NCBI GenBank assembly: GCA_963665845.2
Contig: OY762492.1
Coordinates: 2,112,001-2,176,000, forward strand
Origin: Candidatus Poribacteria bacterium
Lineage (GTDB): Bacteria > Poribacteria > WGA-4E > GCA-2687025
Reading direction: 5' to 3'
Length of the DNA stretch: 64,000 bases
Position numbers and translations under genes: made by a program. The notes under the pieces are model-generated. The model made no database searches. It was not told the origin of the DNA and saw nothing but the letters and a program-made list of their open reading frames with translations. Positions 38,394 to 47,266 of the stretch are shown piece by piece. Each line of letters begins with the position of its first letter. Position 1 is the first letter of the stretch.

Positions 38394-39666
38394 TCAACGG
38401 CTCAAACGGGAGGTCGGCGCCGGCGGCGCTGTACTTCTCGGTCTCGGTTCGATGGTCGGCGCCGGCGTTTTTGTAAGCGTCGGCGTCGCTATCGACATCG
38501 CCGGTCCCTCGGCATGCTTAGCGGTCGCGTTGGCGGCGCTGCTGGCGTTATGCAACGGGCTTAGTTCGGCGCAGCTGGCCGCGGCGCATCCTGTGAGCGG
38601 CGGTACCTACGAATACGGGTACCGCCAGCTGAACCCATGGTGGGGCTTTTCGGCGGGCTGGCTGTTTTTATGCGCAAAAAGCGCCTCCGCGGCGACCGCG
38701 GCGATCGGCTTTGCGCATTACGCTTTCCCCAGCTACCCGACGCTGATTCCCGCCGCGGCGACCGTCGCTGTTCTCACGGCGATTACCTTAACAGGGCTGC
38801 GCAGGTCCAACCGCGTGAACGCCGTTCTGGTCTCGCTGGTCATAGCGGGTTTGCTTGGATTTGCGGCGGTTGGGCTATACAGGTCGGGCGGCGGCGCGTT
38901 TTCGTTGACGCCGTTTTTTGCCTCGCCCGACGGCGATCCCGTTGCCATAAAAGGCTTTCTGGAAGCGGCGGCGCTCATGTTTGTCGCCTACACCGGCTAT
39001 GGGCGCGTCGCCACGCTCGGCGAAGAGATACGCGACCCGCGCCGCTCGATTCCGCGCGCCATCATCGCGGTCATGGCGGTCACGATGGCGCTCTATACGC
39101 TCGTGACGATCGTCGCGGCGGGATACGGCGGCGGCTCGTCCGAGGCGGAAGGCGGGCTGCTGTCGGCAATCGCGCGCGGCTTCGGGTCGCCGGCGCTTGC
39201 TACGGCGTTGACAGGCGCGGCGGCGGTCGCGCTGCTCGGCGTTCTGTTGAACCTCATTCTCGGCTTGTCGCGCGTCATGCTCGCTATGGGCAGGCGCGGC
39301 GACATACCCTCCGTCTTTGCGCGCGTTGAAAAAAGCGGAACGACGCCTGCGCCCGCTGTCATTGCGTCCGGGCTGCTCATCGCGGCGCTGACGCTGATCG
39401 GCGATGTGAAGGCGGCATGGTCGTTCAGCGCGTTCACCGTGCTGGGTTACTATTCGGTGACGAACCTGTCGGCGCTGCGCCTGCCGGCTGAAAAGCGGCT
39501 CTACCCGCGTTTCATTTCATACGGCGGGCTGGCGGGCTGCGCGTTTTTGGCGTTCTGGGTGGAGCCGATCTACCTGCTGATCGGGTCGGGCGTTATCGGC
39601 GCGGGGTTCATCTGGAAAGCGGCAGCCAACCTGTTCAACAAACCTGCAGAGACGGACGATGGATAG
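38386..39666 (+). CDS. APC-family amino acid permease
   Basis: GSMVGAGVF, PVSGGTY, AYTGY, EEIRDPRRSIPRA, about 12 TMs. Confidence 0.92.
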   Translation: MSDQRLKREVGAGGAVLLGLGSMVGAGVFVSVGVAIDIAGPSACLAVALAALLALCNGLSSAQLAAAHPVSGGTYEYGYRQLNPWWGFSAGWLFLCAKSASAATAAIGFAHYAFPSYPTLIPAAATVAVLTAITLTGLRRSNRVNAVLVSLVIAGLLGFAAVGLYRSGGGAFSLTPFFASPDGDPVAIKGFLEAAALMFVAYTGYGRVATLGEEIRDPRRSIPRAIIAVMAVTMALYTLVTIVAAGYGGGSSEAEGGLLSAIARGFGSPALATALTGAAAVALLGVLLNLILGLSRVMLAMGRRGDIPSVFARVEKSGTTPAPAVIASGLLIAALTLIGDVKAAWSFSAFTVLGYYSVTNLSALRLPAEKRLYPRFISYGGLAGCAFLAFWVEPIYLLIGSGVIGAGFIWKAAANLFNKPAETDDG

Positions 39667-40333
39667 CGCCGAACGCAAATCCTCCTGTTTAGGGCGTCTG
39701 TTTCTGGTCTGTTTAGGGGCGGCGCTCGCGCTCGGCGCCGTTTATTATGCGAATCGGCAGGGCTGGTTCGACAGGGTCGGCGCGCCGTTGGACGAGGCGG
39801 TCTCGCCGGCGGCGCGAAAGAAAGCGGTCTCGCTCGCTTCAAAACCGCTGCGCCGCTCTTACCATGCGGCGGCTCTCGGCGACGCGCAGGTGTACGACGG
39901 CGACACCTTGACCGACATTCTGATACGCATCGGCGACGCGCCGGCGGGGGCGGGCGAGTCGGAGCGGCTCTGGCTCTCCGCGCTGACCATCGACGGCGGG
40001 CTGTATATTCAGGCGAATGTGCGTATCAATGGAATCGACGCGGCGGAGATGCGCCCGTCGCTCAAAAACAGCGCGGGAGAGGCGCGTTCCGAAGCGGAGC
40101 GGGCGGCGGAAAAAGCGGCGGCGGTCCGCGCGCGGGACGCCCTCGCCGAGCTGCTGCGCCAGAACAATTACGAGCTGACGCTGAAGAACATTGAGGCGGA
40201 CAAATACGGCGGGCGCATCGTCGCGGACGCGCTCATCGGCGGCATTGACGCGGCGCAGTATCTCATACAGAAGCGGTTGGCGGTCCCCTACGACGGCGGA
40301 ACGAAACAGGAGGTGGACTGGGGGCGGTTTTAG
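39659..40333 (+). CDS. Membrane-anchored thermonuclease (SNase-like)
   Basis: VYDGDT, VRINGIDAAE, DKYGGR, N-terminal TM. Confidence 0.85.
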   Translation: MDSAERKSSCLGRLFLVCLGAALALGAVYYANRQGWFDRVGAPLDEAVSPAARKKAVSLASKPLRRSYHAAALGDAQVYDGDTLTDILIRIGDAPAGAGESERLWLSALTIDGGLYIQANVRINGIDAAEMRPSLKNSAGEARSEAERAAEKAAAVRARDALAELLRQNNYELTLKNIEADKYGGRIVADALIGGIDAAQYLIQKRLAVPYDGGTKQEVDWGRF

Positions 40334-40380
40334 CCGAAACGGCGCCGCGCCCCTCATAGCCTGCCCCCGTGAAAACGGGG

Positions 40381-40745
40381 GTCATTCCCGCGTAAGCGGG
40401 AATCTAGAGGCGCCGGCGAAACCGTCCGCGTTCACCTCAAGCGTCCGGCGGCCCAATTCGTCATTCCCGCGTAAGCGGGAATCCAGAGGCGCCGCCGAAA
40501 CCGTCCGCGTTCACCTCAAGCGTCCGGCGGCCCAATTCGTCATTCCCGCGTAAGCGGGAATCTAGAGGCGAACCCGAAACCGTCCGCGTTCACCTCAAGC
40601 GTCCGGCGGCCCAATTCGTCATTCCCGCGTAAGCGGGAATCTAGAGGCGAACCCGAAACCGTCCGCGTTCACCTCAAGCGTCCGGCGGCCCAATTCGTCA
40701 TTCCCGCGTAAGCGGGAATCTAGAGGCGAACCCGAAACCGTCCGC
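40381..40745. repeat. Tandem array of 79-bp REP-plus-linker units (4 full, 1 partial)
   Basis: GTCATTCCCGCGTAAGCGGGAATC at 40381, 40460, 40539, 40618 and 40697; linkers nearly identical. Confidence 0.93.
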
Positions 40746-40746
40746 T

Positions 40747-40843
40747 GTCTGAACTAGGATTGCCAAGATTGAAAAGATTGCCAAGAAATTTTCATGGTCG
40801 GCTATCTTGTGAATCTTACTAATCCTTTCATCCTAGTTCAGAT
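40747..40843. repeat. MITE-like module with 9-bp internal periodicity
   Basis: TCTGAACTAGGAT ... ATCCTAGTTCAGA inverted ends; internal AAGATTGNN and AATCTT repeats. Confidence 0.75.
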
Positions 40844-40866
40844 CTAAGCGCAACCCGCGCGCCCTC

Positions 40867-41065
40867 GGAAACCCCCCCTGCCCCCCTTTTCAAGGGGGGA
40901 GTTTAGCCGCCGCCGCGGAAACCCCCCCTGCCCCCCTTTTCAAGGGGGGAGTTTAGCCGCCGCCGCGGAAACCCCCCCTGCCCCCCTTTTCAAGGGGGGA
41001 GTTTAGCCGCCGCCGCGGAAACCCCCCCTGCCCCCTTTTCAAGGGGGGAGTTTAGCCGCCGCCGC
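40867..41065. repeat. Tandem array of four 50-bp C/G-run hairpin units
   Basis: GGAAACCCCCCCTGCCCCCCTTTTCAAGGGGGGAGTTTAGCCGCCGCCGC four times. Confidence 0.93.
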
Positions 41066-41125
41066 GTTCAAACCCCCTTTTCAGTGGAGAGTTGGGATTC
41101 TCGCATGTATCGCCGCGTCTTGACG

Positions 41126-41154
41126 TTGCTAATCATGCGCGCGCGCGCTATCAT
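41126..41154 (+). promoter_or_regulatory. Putative sigma70 promoter of the ymdB-xseAB-ispA operon
   Basis: TTGCTA-17 bp-TATCAT. Confidence 0.5.
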
Positions 41155-41186
41155 CTTCAGAGCGGGTTGAATGAAACGGAGAAGAT

Positions 41187-41972
41187 ATGCTCAAGACGCT
41201 TTTTATTGGCGACATCTTTGCAAGACCAGGGCGGCGCGCTATTGAGGCGCTGGTTCCGCAGCTGCGCAATGAGTATAACTTGGACATTGTGATCGCCAAC
41301 GCGGAAAACGCGGCTGCAGGGCGCGGCGTCACACAAAAAATCGCCCAGCAGATGACGAACGCCGGCGTCGACTTTATGACGACCGGCAACCATGTCTGGG
41401 ACCAGCGCCAGTTTCTAGACGAAATCGAATGCGTCCCCAACATCGTCCGGCCCGCCAATGTCCCAAAAGGAACGCCAGGGCGCGGATGCGCCTTCGCGCA
41501 AGCGAGGGACGGAACGAAGGTCGCCGTCATGAACCTGTGCGGCAAGGTGTTCATGCCTTACGACTGCCCGTTTGTAGTCGCCAAACCGATGGCGGAACGG
41601 CTGCTCCAAGAAACGCCCGTCCTGATTGTCGACATCCACGCCGAGGCGACCTCCGAAAAAATCGCCATGGGGCTGCATCTGGACGGGCTTGCCTCGCTTG
41701 TCGTCGGGACGCACACGCATGTGCAGACCGCCGATGAAACGGTGCTGCCAGGCGGAACCGCCTACATCACCGATGTCGGCATGACGGGCGCGCATGACGG
41801 CGTGATCGGCCTTGATCCGTATTACGGCGTGGAGCGGTTTTTGACGCAGCTTCCCCCCAATTACGCCGCCGCAAAACATGACCCGCGCCTGTCCGCCGTC
41901 TATGTGGAGATCGACCCTGAAACGGGGAGCGCCTCCTGCATTGAGCGGCTCAACGTTCCGACGCCGAGCTGA
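41187..41972 (+). CDS. ymdB: YmdB-family metallophosphoesterase
   Basis: FIGDI, NAEN, TGNHVWD, DIHAEATSEK, GTHTHV, TDVGMTG. Confidence 0.9.
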   Translation: MLKTLFIGDIFARPGRRAIEALVPQLRNEYNLDIVIANAENAAAGRGVTQKIAQQMTNAGVDFMTTGNHVWDQRQFLDEIECVPNIVRPANVPKGTPGRGCAFAQARDGTKVAVMNLCGKVFMPYDCPFVVAKPMAERLLQETPVLIVDIHAEATSEKIAMGLHLDGLASLVVGTHTHVQTADETVLPGGTAYITDVGMTGAHDGVIGLDPYYGVERFLTQLPPNYAAAKHDPRLSAVYVEIDPETGSASCIERLNVPTPS

Positions 41973-41975
41973 CGC

Positions 41976-43193
41976 ATGGAGGAGCCGATCTATTCCGTTC
42001 GCCAGGTCACGCAGGCGCTTCAAGAGCTTCTCGAAGAGGCGGTTCCGCCGCTCTGGGTGGAGGGGGAGGTTTCCAACTTCCGCGCCTCGCGCGCCGGGCA
42101 TTGGTATTTCACGCTGATAGACGCCCACGCGCAGCTGCCGGTCGTCATGTGGCGGCTCGCGGCGATGCGAAATCAGCATGTCCGCCCGGAAGACGGCGCG
42201 CTCATACGCGCGCGCGGCGCGCTGAATGTGTATCAACAGGGCGGCAACTATCAGCTGCAGGCGGAGCGGGTTCTGCCGGTCGGCAAAGGCGCTGTCGTCT
42301 CCGCGCTGGAACATCTGCGCGAGGCGCTGCGCAAGGAGGGGTTGTTCAGCGAGAAACGCAAGAAGCCGCTGCCCCCCTTTCCGTCCGTCGTCGGCGTCAT
42401 CACCTCGCCCAGAGGCGCCGCCGTTCAGGACATCTTAGCGATCGTCGGCGAACGTTACCCGATCGCGCGGGTCGTTCTCTATCCGGTCGTCGTTCAGGGG
42501 GAGAACGCGCCGCGCGAAATCGTCCATGCGCTGCGGATGCTGAACCTTCTGGACGCCGCGGATGTGGTCGTCATCGGCCGGGGCGGCGGTTCGTCGGAGG
42601 ATCTGTCCGCTTTTAACGACGAGGCGGTCGTACGCGCGGTCGCCGAGTCGAGACTGCCGGTCGTTTCGGCGGTCGGGCATGAGACCGACATCACGTTGAC
42701 GGACCTTGCCGCGGACGCGCGCGCGGCGACGCCTTCCGCCGCGGCGGAGCGTGTCGTCCCCGACAAAGAGGCGCTTTTAAACGAACTGGATGTCTGCGCG
42801 GGGCGTATGGCAAAGGCGATGCGCAGGCGGATCGAATCGTCGCGTCAGAAACTGGCGGAGCTGAAGCGCGCCGTCTCGCCGAAGCGTCAGCGCGACGCCC
42901 TGCAGAACCGCATGCAGCGCGTGGACGAACTCGCGTGGCGGCTGGAATCGGCGGTGAAGGCGCAGGCGCTTCAAAAGCAAAACAGGCTGCAGACGCTGGC
43001 GGGAACCCTGAACGCGCTAAGCCCGCTTGCCGTCTTGGAGCGCGGGTACAGCGTCTGCTTCAACGAAAACGGAACGCCAATACGTACCGCCGAGACGGTG
43101 AAACCGGGCGACCCGCTGCGCATCAAACTGCGGCGGGGAGAGATTCTGGCGAACGCGTTAGCCGTACGAAAGGAAGAAGATGACGGAGAATGA
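41976..43193 (+). CDS. xseA: Exodeoxyribonuclease VII large subunit
   Basis: GEVSN, GHWYFTL, GVITSP.GAAVQD, RGGGS.EDL..FN, VGHETD, TPSAAA, LERGY. Confidence 0.96.
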   Translation: MEEPIYSVRQVTQALQELLEEAVPPLWVEGEVSNFRASRAGHWYFTLIDAHAQLPVVMWRLAAMRNQHVRPEDGALIRARGALNVYQQGGNYQLQAERVLPVGKGAVVSALEHLREALRKEGLFSEKRKKPLPPFPSVVGVITSPRGAAVQDILAIVGERYPIARVVLYPVVVQGENAPREIVHALRMLNLLDAADVVVIGRGGGSSEDLSAFNDEAVVRAVAESRLPVVSAVGHETDITLTDLAADARAATPSAAAERVVPDKEALLNELDVCAGRMAKAMRRRIESSRQKLAELKRAVSPKRQRDALQNRMQRVDELAWRLESAVKAQALQKQNRLQTLAGTLNALSPLAVLERGYSVCFNENGTPIRTAETVKPGDPLRIKLRRGEILANALAVRKEEDDGE

Positions 43194-43449
43194 GAACGGG
43201 TTTGAAGAGAAATTGAAGGAGCTGGAAGCGATCGTGAACCGGCTGGAGAGCGCCGATCAGCCGCTCGAAGAGTCGCTGCGCGATTTTGAACGCGGCATTG
43301 AGTTGGCGCGTGAATGCTCGCATGCGCTCAACAACATGCAGCTGCGCATTGAACAGCTGACCGTCAGCGCGGAGGGCGAGGTTCTGCGGACGCCGATGGA
43401 GCCGCAGGAGCTGAACGCGGACAGCGGAGACAGGGGCGAACCCGAATGA
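43180..43449 (+). CDS. xseB: Exodeoxyribonuclease VII small subunit
   Basis: FEEKLKELEAIV..LE...LEESL..FERG. Confidence 0.92.
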   Translation: MTENENGFEEKLKELEAIVNRLESADQPLEESLRDFERGIELARECSHALNNMQLRIEQLTVSAEGEVLRTPMEPQELNADSGDRGEPE

Positions 43450-44534
43450 TCCAGTACGACGACTTTATGCGCGCGCTCGCGGAGCGTAAAAAGATCGTGT
43501 ACGAGTATCTGTACAGGGAGGAGTTTTCAAGCCGCTTTCATCCGCAGCATATTCGGGACGCCATCTACGCTTATATGGAAAACGGCGGAAAGTCGCTTCG
43601 CCCCGCGGCGTTGATGTTCGCATGCGGCGCCGTCGGCGGAGACGAACGCAAGGCGGTTCCAGCCGCGGCCGCCATCGAAATCTTTCACACATGGACGCTG
43701 GTGCATGACGACATCATCGACCGCGACTCAAAACGCCGCGGCGGTCCCACCGTCCATGAGGCGTTTCGTCAACGCGCCATACGCGAATTCGGATACAACG
43801 AAGAGGACGCCGCCCACTACGGACTCTCCATCGCCATTCTCGCCGGCGACATGCAGCAGGGATGGGCGGTCTCCATTTTAACAAAACTGGCGGAGCAGGA
43901 AGGCATCGACCCGCGCATACCGCTTTATCTCATCAAGGACGCGGAAATGCGCGTCTTGAGCCTGCTGATCGACGGCGAGATGCGCGACGTTCAATTTTCT
44001 AAAACAAACATTCATGATGTGTCCGAGGCGGATGTCCTGGATATGCTGTCTAAAAAAACAGGCGTTCTTTATGAATTTGCGGGCAAAGCGGGCGCCATGA
44101 TCGGCCTCAACACGCCCGACCCCGACCATCCGCTCGCGGCGGCGGTGAGCGCCTTTGCGGCCGACTGCGGCGCCGCGTTTCAGCTTCAGGACGACATACT
44201 GGGCGTCGTCGGCGACGAGGAGACGCTCGGAAAGCCGGTCGGTTCCGACATACGCGAGGGCAAACGCACCACCATCGCGCTCCAAGCGTATCGAAACGGC
44301 AGCGAAGAGCAGCGCGAACTTCTCATGTCGGTCCTCGGAAATCCGAACGCGGATGCGGAGAGCCTGAAAAAAGCCGCCGAGCTGATGCGCGAGCTTGGCG
44401 GAATCGACTATACGGCAAACCTGGCAAAGCGGCATATTGAGCGGGCGTTGGAACGGCTAGAGCCGCTCCCGCCCTCCGAATACCGCGACCTGCTTCATTT
44501 TTGGGCGGACTATATGATTCAGCGCACGTTTTAA
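43446..44534 (+). CDS. Polyprenyl diphosphate synthase (IspA/GGPPS-like)
   Basis: GGKSLRP, HDDIIDRDSKRRG, KKTG, FQLQDDILG, GKPVGSDIREGK. Confidence 0.92.
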   Translation: MIQYDDFMRALAERKKIVYEYLYREEFSSRFHPQHIRDAIYAYMENGGKSLRPAALMFACGAVGGDERKAVPAAAAIEIFHTWTLVHDDIIDRDSKRRGGPTVHEAFRQRAIREFGYNEEDAAHYGLSIAILAGDMQQGWAVSILTKLAEQEGIDPRIPLYLIKDAEMRVLSLLIDGEMRDVQFSKTNIHDVSEADVLDMLSKKTGVLYEFAGKAGAMIGLNTPDPDHPLAAAVSAFAADCGAAFQLQDDILGVVGDEETLGKPVGSDIREGKRTTIALQAYRNGSEEQRELLMSVLGNPNADAESLKKAAELMRELGGIDYTANLAKRHIERALERLEPLPPSEYRDLLHFWADYMIQRTF

Positions 44535-44544
44535 TTTTAAAGCG

Positions 44545-44862
44545 TTCGCGCCCGTCCTTTAAACCCCCCTAGCCCCCCTTTTCAAGGGGGGAATCGGATG
44601 CGGCGCCTTCAAGGGGGAATCGGATGCGGCGCCTTCAAGGGGGAATCGGATGCGGCGCCTTCAAGGGGGAATCGAACGCGGCGCCGCGAATATCTCGTAT
44701 GAGCGTACTGCCCGACCTCATGCAGAAAGTTGGGACATTTGAACGAACAAAGCCTTTATTCATGGGGAAAAGGCGTTGCCAACCAGTTCGTCATTCCCGC
44801 GCAAGCGGGAATCCAGAGGCGCCGCAGAAGACGTCCGCATTCTCCAGAAGGTCAGTACTGCC
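44545..44862. repeat. Mosaic REP cluster with four 26-bp tandem units
   Basis: TTCAAGGGGGAATCGGATGCGGCGCC at 44581, 44608, 44634 and 44660 (variant); GTATGAGCGTACTGCC end; REP palindrome at about 44790. Confidence 0.85.
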
Positions 44863-44982
44863 AACGCGACGCTGAAGAGCGATACGAAAGAAAGCGCGTA
44901 TGATTGAAGTTTGGACCATCGTTGGACTAGTGGCGCTCGCGTTCATCCTTTTTGCGGTGATCGACGCCTTCTTTTCCGGCGG

Positions 44983-45921
44983 CTAACGATCCACCCCCGC
45001 TTCAAAATGCTGGATAAGCGGCTCCAGATCGTCCCAGAAGTCGTCTGGAACGGCAACCTGTCCAGCGATGCCGTTGGAGCGCGCCTCTTCTGGAGTCCGC
45101 GCGCCCGGTATCGCCGCGGCAAAGGGCGCGCGCCGAACGCACCACTGCAGCGACGCCGCCGCCAGCGGAATCTCATACCGTTCGCAGAGCCGCTGTATCG
45201 CTTTAACCTGCTCAATGCAGCGTTCAGAAAAACGGCGCGCCATATAATCTTCGCCCTCAACCGGACCTGTAGCGAGAATGCCGCGTTCCAGAGGCGTCGC
45301 GCAGATGAGACCGACGTTGTGTTTTTCGGCGGCGGGAAGAAGGCGCTCCTCGGCGTATTGGTTCAGCAGGCTCCACGCTTCCGGCACAACGGCGGCGTCA
45401 AATTCGCCGGTCGCAATATACTCCGCATTCGGATCGGGATCGTTCAGCGCGCAGCCGACATGCCGCACGATTCCCTCCTTCTGAAGCCGGCGCAGCGCGC
45501 CGAGGGCGTATCGCTCTCCCAAAACCTGCTCTTTTGGAACGCCCATCGCGTCATGAATAAAGACGATTTCGATCCGCTCCATGCCCAGCTTTTCTAGGCT
45601 CTCTTCGATGCTGCGGCGTATCGCGTCCGCTTCATAGTTGTATCCGCGCGGCTGCCGTCCGCATTTTGTTGTTACAACCGCGTTCCGCGCCAGGTCGGGG
45701 CGCTGCCGAAGCGCGGCGCCGATGATGCGTTCGCTGGCGCCGCCGCCGTACAGCTGCGCCGTGTCGATCAGCGTACATCCTTCTTCCAGCGCCGCGTGTA
45801 CGGTCGCCGCGCCCAGCTCTTCGTCTAACGGTCCGCCGCCGCGCCGATGTCCAAGCCATGCGGCGCCGAGTCCGACGATGCCGACCTGAATGCCTGTGCG
45901 TCCGAGCGTCTGCGTTTTCAT
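44983..45921 (-). CDS. Aldo/keto reductase
   Basis: LGRTG, IDTAQLYG, SERIIG, TTKCG, SIEESLEKLG, IHD. Start set at ATG 45921. Confidence 0.9.
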   Translation of the reverse strand: MKTQTLGRTGIQVGIVGLGAAWLGHRRGGGPLDEELGAATVHAALEEGCTLIDTAQLYGGGASERIIGAALRQRPDLARNAVVTTKCGRQPRGYNYEADAIRRSIEESLEKLGMERIEIVFIHDAMGVPKEQVLGERYALGALRRLQKEGIVRHVGCALNDPDPNAEYIATGEFDAAVVPEAWSLLNQYAEERLLPAAEKHNVGLICATPLERGILATGPVEGEDYMARRFSERCIEQVKAIQRLCERYEIPLAAASLQWCVRRAPFAAAIPGARTPEEARSNGIAGQVAVPDDFWDDLEPLIQHFEAGVDR

Positions 45922-46862
45922 TGCTCCGCCAGCGCCAGTCCGCGCACTTCGCCGAATTCCCATGCCAGTTTCGCCCAGTTTTCGCCGCTGTCGACGCTTC
46001 GGAAGGCTTGTCCAAGTACGGTCGCCGCCGCCATCCATTCGCCGGCGGAGGCGAACTGCCAGACGGTGCTGTTCGCCGGCGCGTTGAGCGGGACCCGCTC
46101 CCATGAGCCGCCCTTGTCGCGCGTTCGGTACATGGCGCCGACGCTTCCAGGGGGGCCGTCGCCGTTGCCGACATAAAGCGCGTCCGAACCGTCCGGCGCG
46201 GCTCCCATCCCTCGACAGTAGGCGTTTTCAAAACGCTCTTTGATGTGGAGCGGCTCCCAGTTTTGCCCTTCGCCGCCGCTGCGGTACACCTCGTTGTTGG
46301 CTGAAGCGAACAGCGTCCCGCAGCTGAGCATCTTCATGTCATGAACGTCCACATCGGGCAGCCCGAGTCGGCGCCATGTTTTGCCTCGGTCGTCGGAGAC
46401 GCGGGGTCCGTCCACCTCAATGCCGGCAAACAGGACGTTCGGTTTCGTCGGATGCGGCAGGATGGAGGTGACGCGCGTTTTCATGGCTCCGCCGAAGCAG
46501 TCCTGCGCGATCTCCTGCTTGCCTAAGAACCAGCTGGCGCCGCCATCCTCGGACACATACAGCGCCGCCGGGCAGGTTCCCGCAATGAGCAGGTTCGGGT
46601 CATGGGGCGACGCTCCGACGCTCCATATCTCTTTACCGGCGAGTTCGCCGCCGAGGCGCGTCCATTCATCCCCGCCGTTCTCCGTTTTAAACACGCCGTC
46701 CTCCGACCCGGCATACAGCGTCCGGCTGTCATGCGGGCTAAGCGTCAGCGCGCGGATGTCGCTTTCTGACCACATGCCCTTGGACGCCCTATGAAACGAG
46801 GCGCCGCCGTCCCTGCTGCGCCACACGCTTTGACCGACCGACCCGACGTAGATGGTTGGCAT
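45918..46862 (-). CDS. BNR/Asp-box beta-propeller protein
   Basis: Repeated S.DGG.[ST]W motifs. Confidence 0.88.
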   Translation of the reverse strand: MPTIYVGSVGQSVWRSRDGGASFHRASKGMWSESDIRALTLSPHDSRTLYAGSEDGVFKTENGGDEWTRLGGELAGKEIWSVGASPHDPNLLIAGTCPAALYVSEDGGASWFLGKQEIAQDCFGGAMKTRVTSILPHPTKPNVLFAGIEVDGPRVSDDRGKTWRRLGLPDVDVHDMKMLSCGTLFASANNEVYRSGGEGQNWEPLHIKERFENAYCRGMGAAPDGSDALYVGNGDGPPGSVGAMYRTRDKGGSWERVPLNAPANSTVWQFASAGEWMAAATVLGQAFRSVDSGENWAKLAWEFGEVRGLALAEQ

Positions 46863-46905
46863 CGTTCATTCTCCTCATACAGATACCGTTTGACCGACGC
46901 GGGTT

Positions 46906-46934
46906 AGAATACGCAAAGCGGCGCGCCGTGTCAA
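46906..46934 (-). promoter_or_regulatory. Putative sigma70 promoter
   Basis: TTGACA-17 bp-TATTCT on the minus strand. Confidence 0.6.
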
Positions 46935-47019
46935 CCTGCGCCGCCGCGAGGTAGTCTCTACAGGCGATGATGACGAAAATACCGTTTGAGTTGTGCTAAT
47001 CGTGATTCCGCGCACGGAA

Positions 47020-47192
47020 CTAAAACCCCCCCAGCCCCCCTTTTCAAGGGGGGAGTCCAGAAACCGCGCCCCAACCGCTGTTATTGGGCTATTCGTCATT
47101 CCCGCGTAAGCGGGAATCCAGAGTTTTCCCAGACAGCCTCCGCATTCCAAAACGACTCTCTAAAATCAAGATCATCGTCTATAGAGACTGCC
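47020..47192. repeat. REP cluster
   Basis: C/G-run hairpin, ATTCCC..GGGAAT palindrome and CTCTAAAATCAAGATCATCGTCTATAGAGACT. The first part is an inverted copy of about 22975-23070. Confidence 0.85.
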
Positions 47193-47197
47193 CGCGC

Positions 47198-47226
47198 TTG
47201 ACAAGGCGCGAACGGCGTAGCATGAT
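47198..47226 (+). promoter_or_regulatory. Putative sigma70 promoter of the ubiD operon
   Basis: TTGACA-17 bp-CATGAT. Confidence 0.6.
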
Positions 47227-47266
47227 GTTGTATGCGCGGCGGTTCTTATCATCAACGGGCGGATGA

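Noticed and set aside
40381-40745. CRISPR array
   Set aside because: The spacers are nearly identical, the repeat is a REP dispersed across the window, and there are no cas genes.
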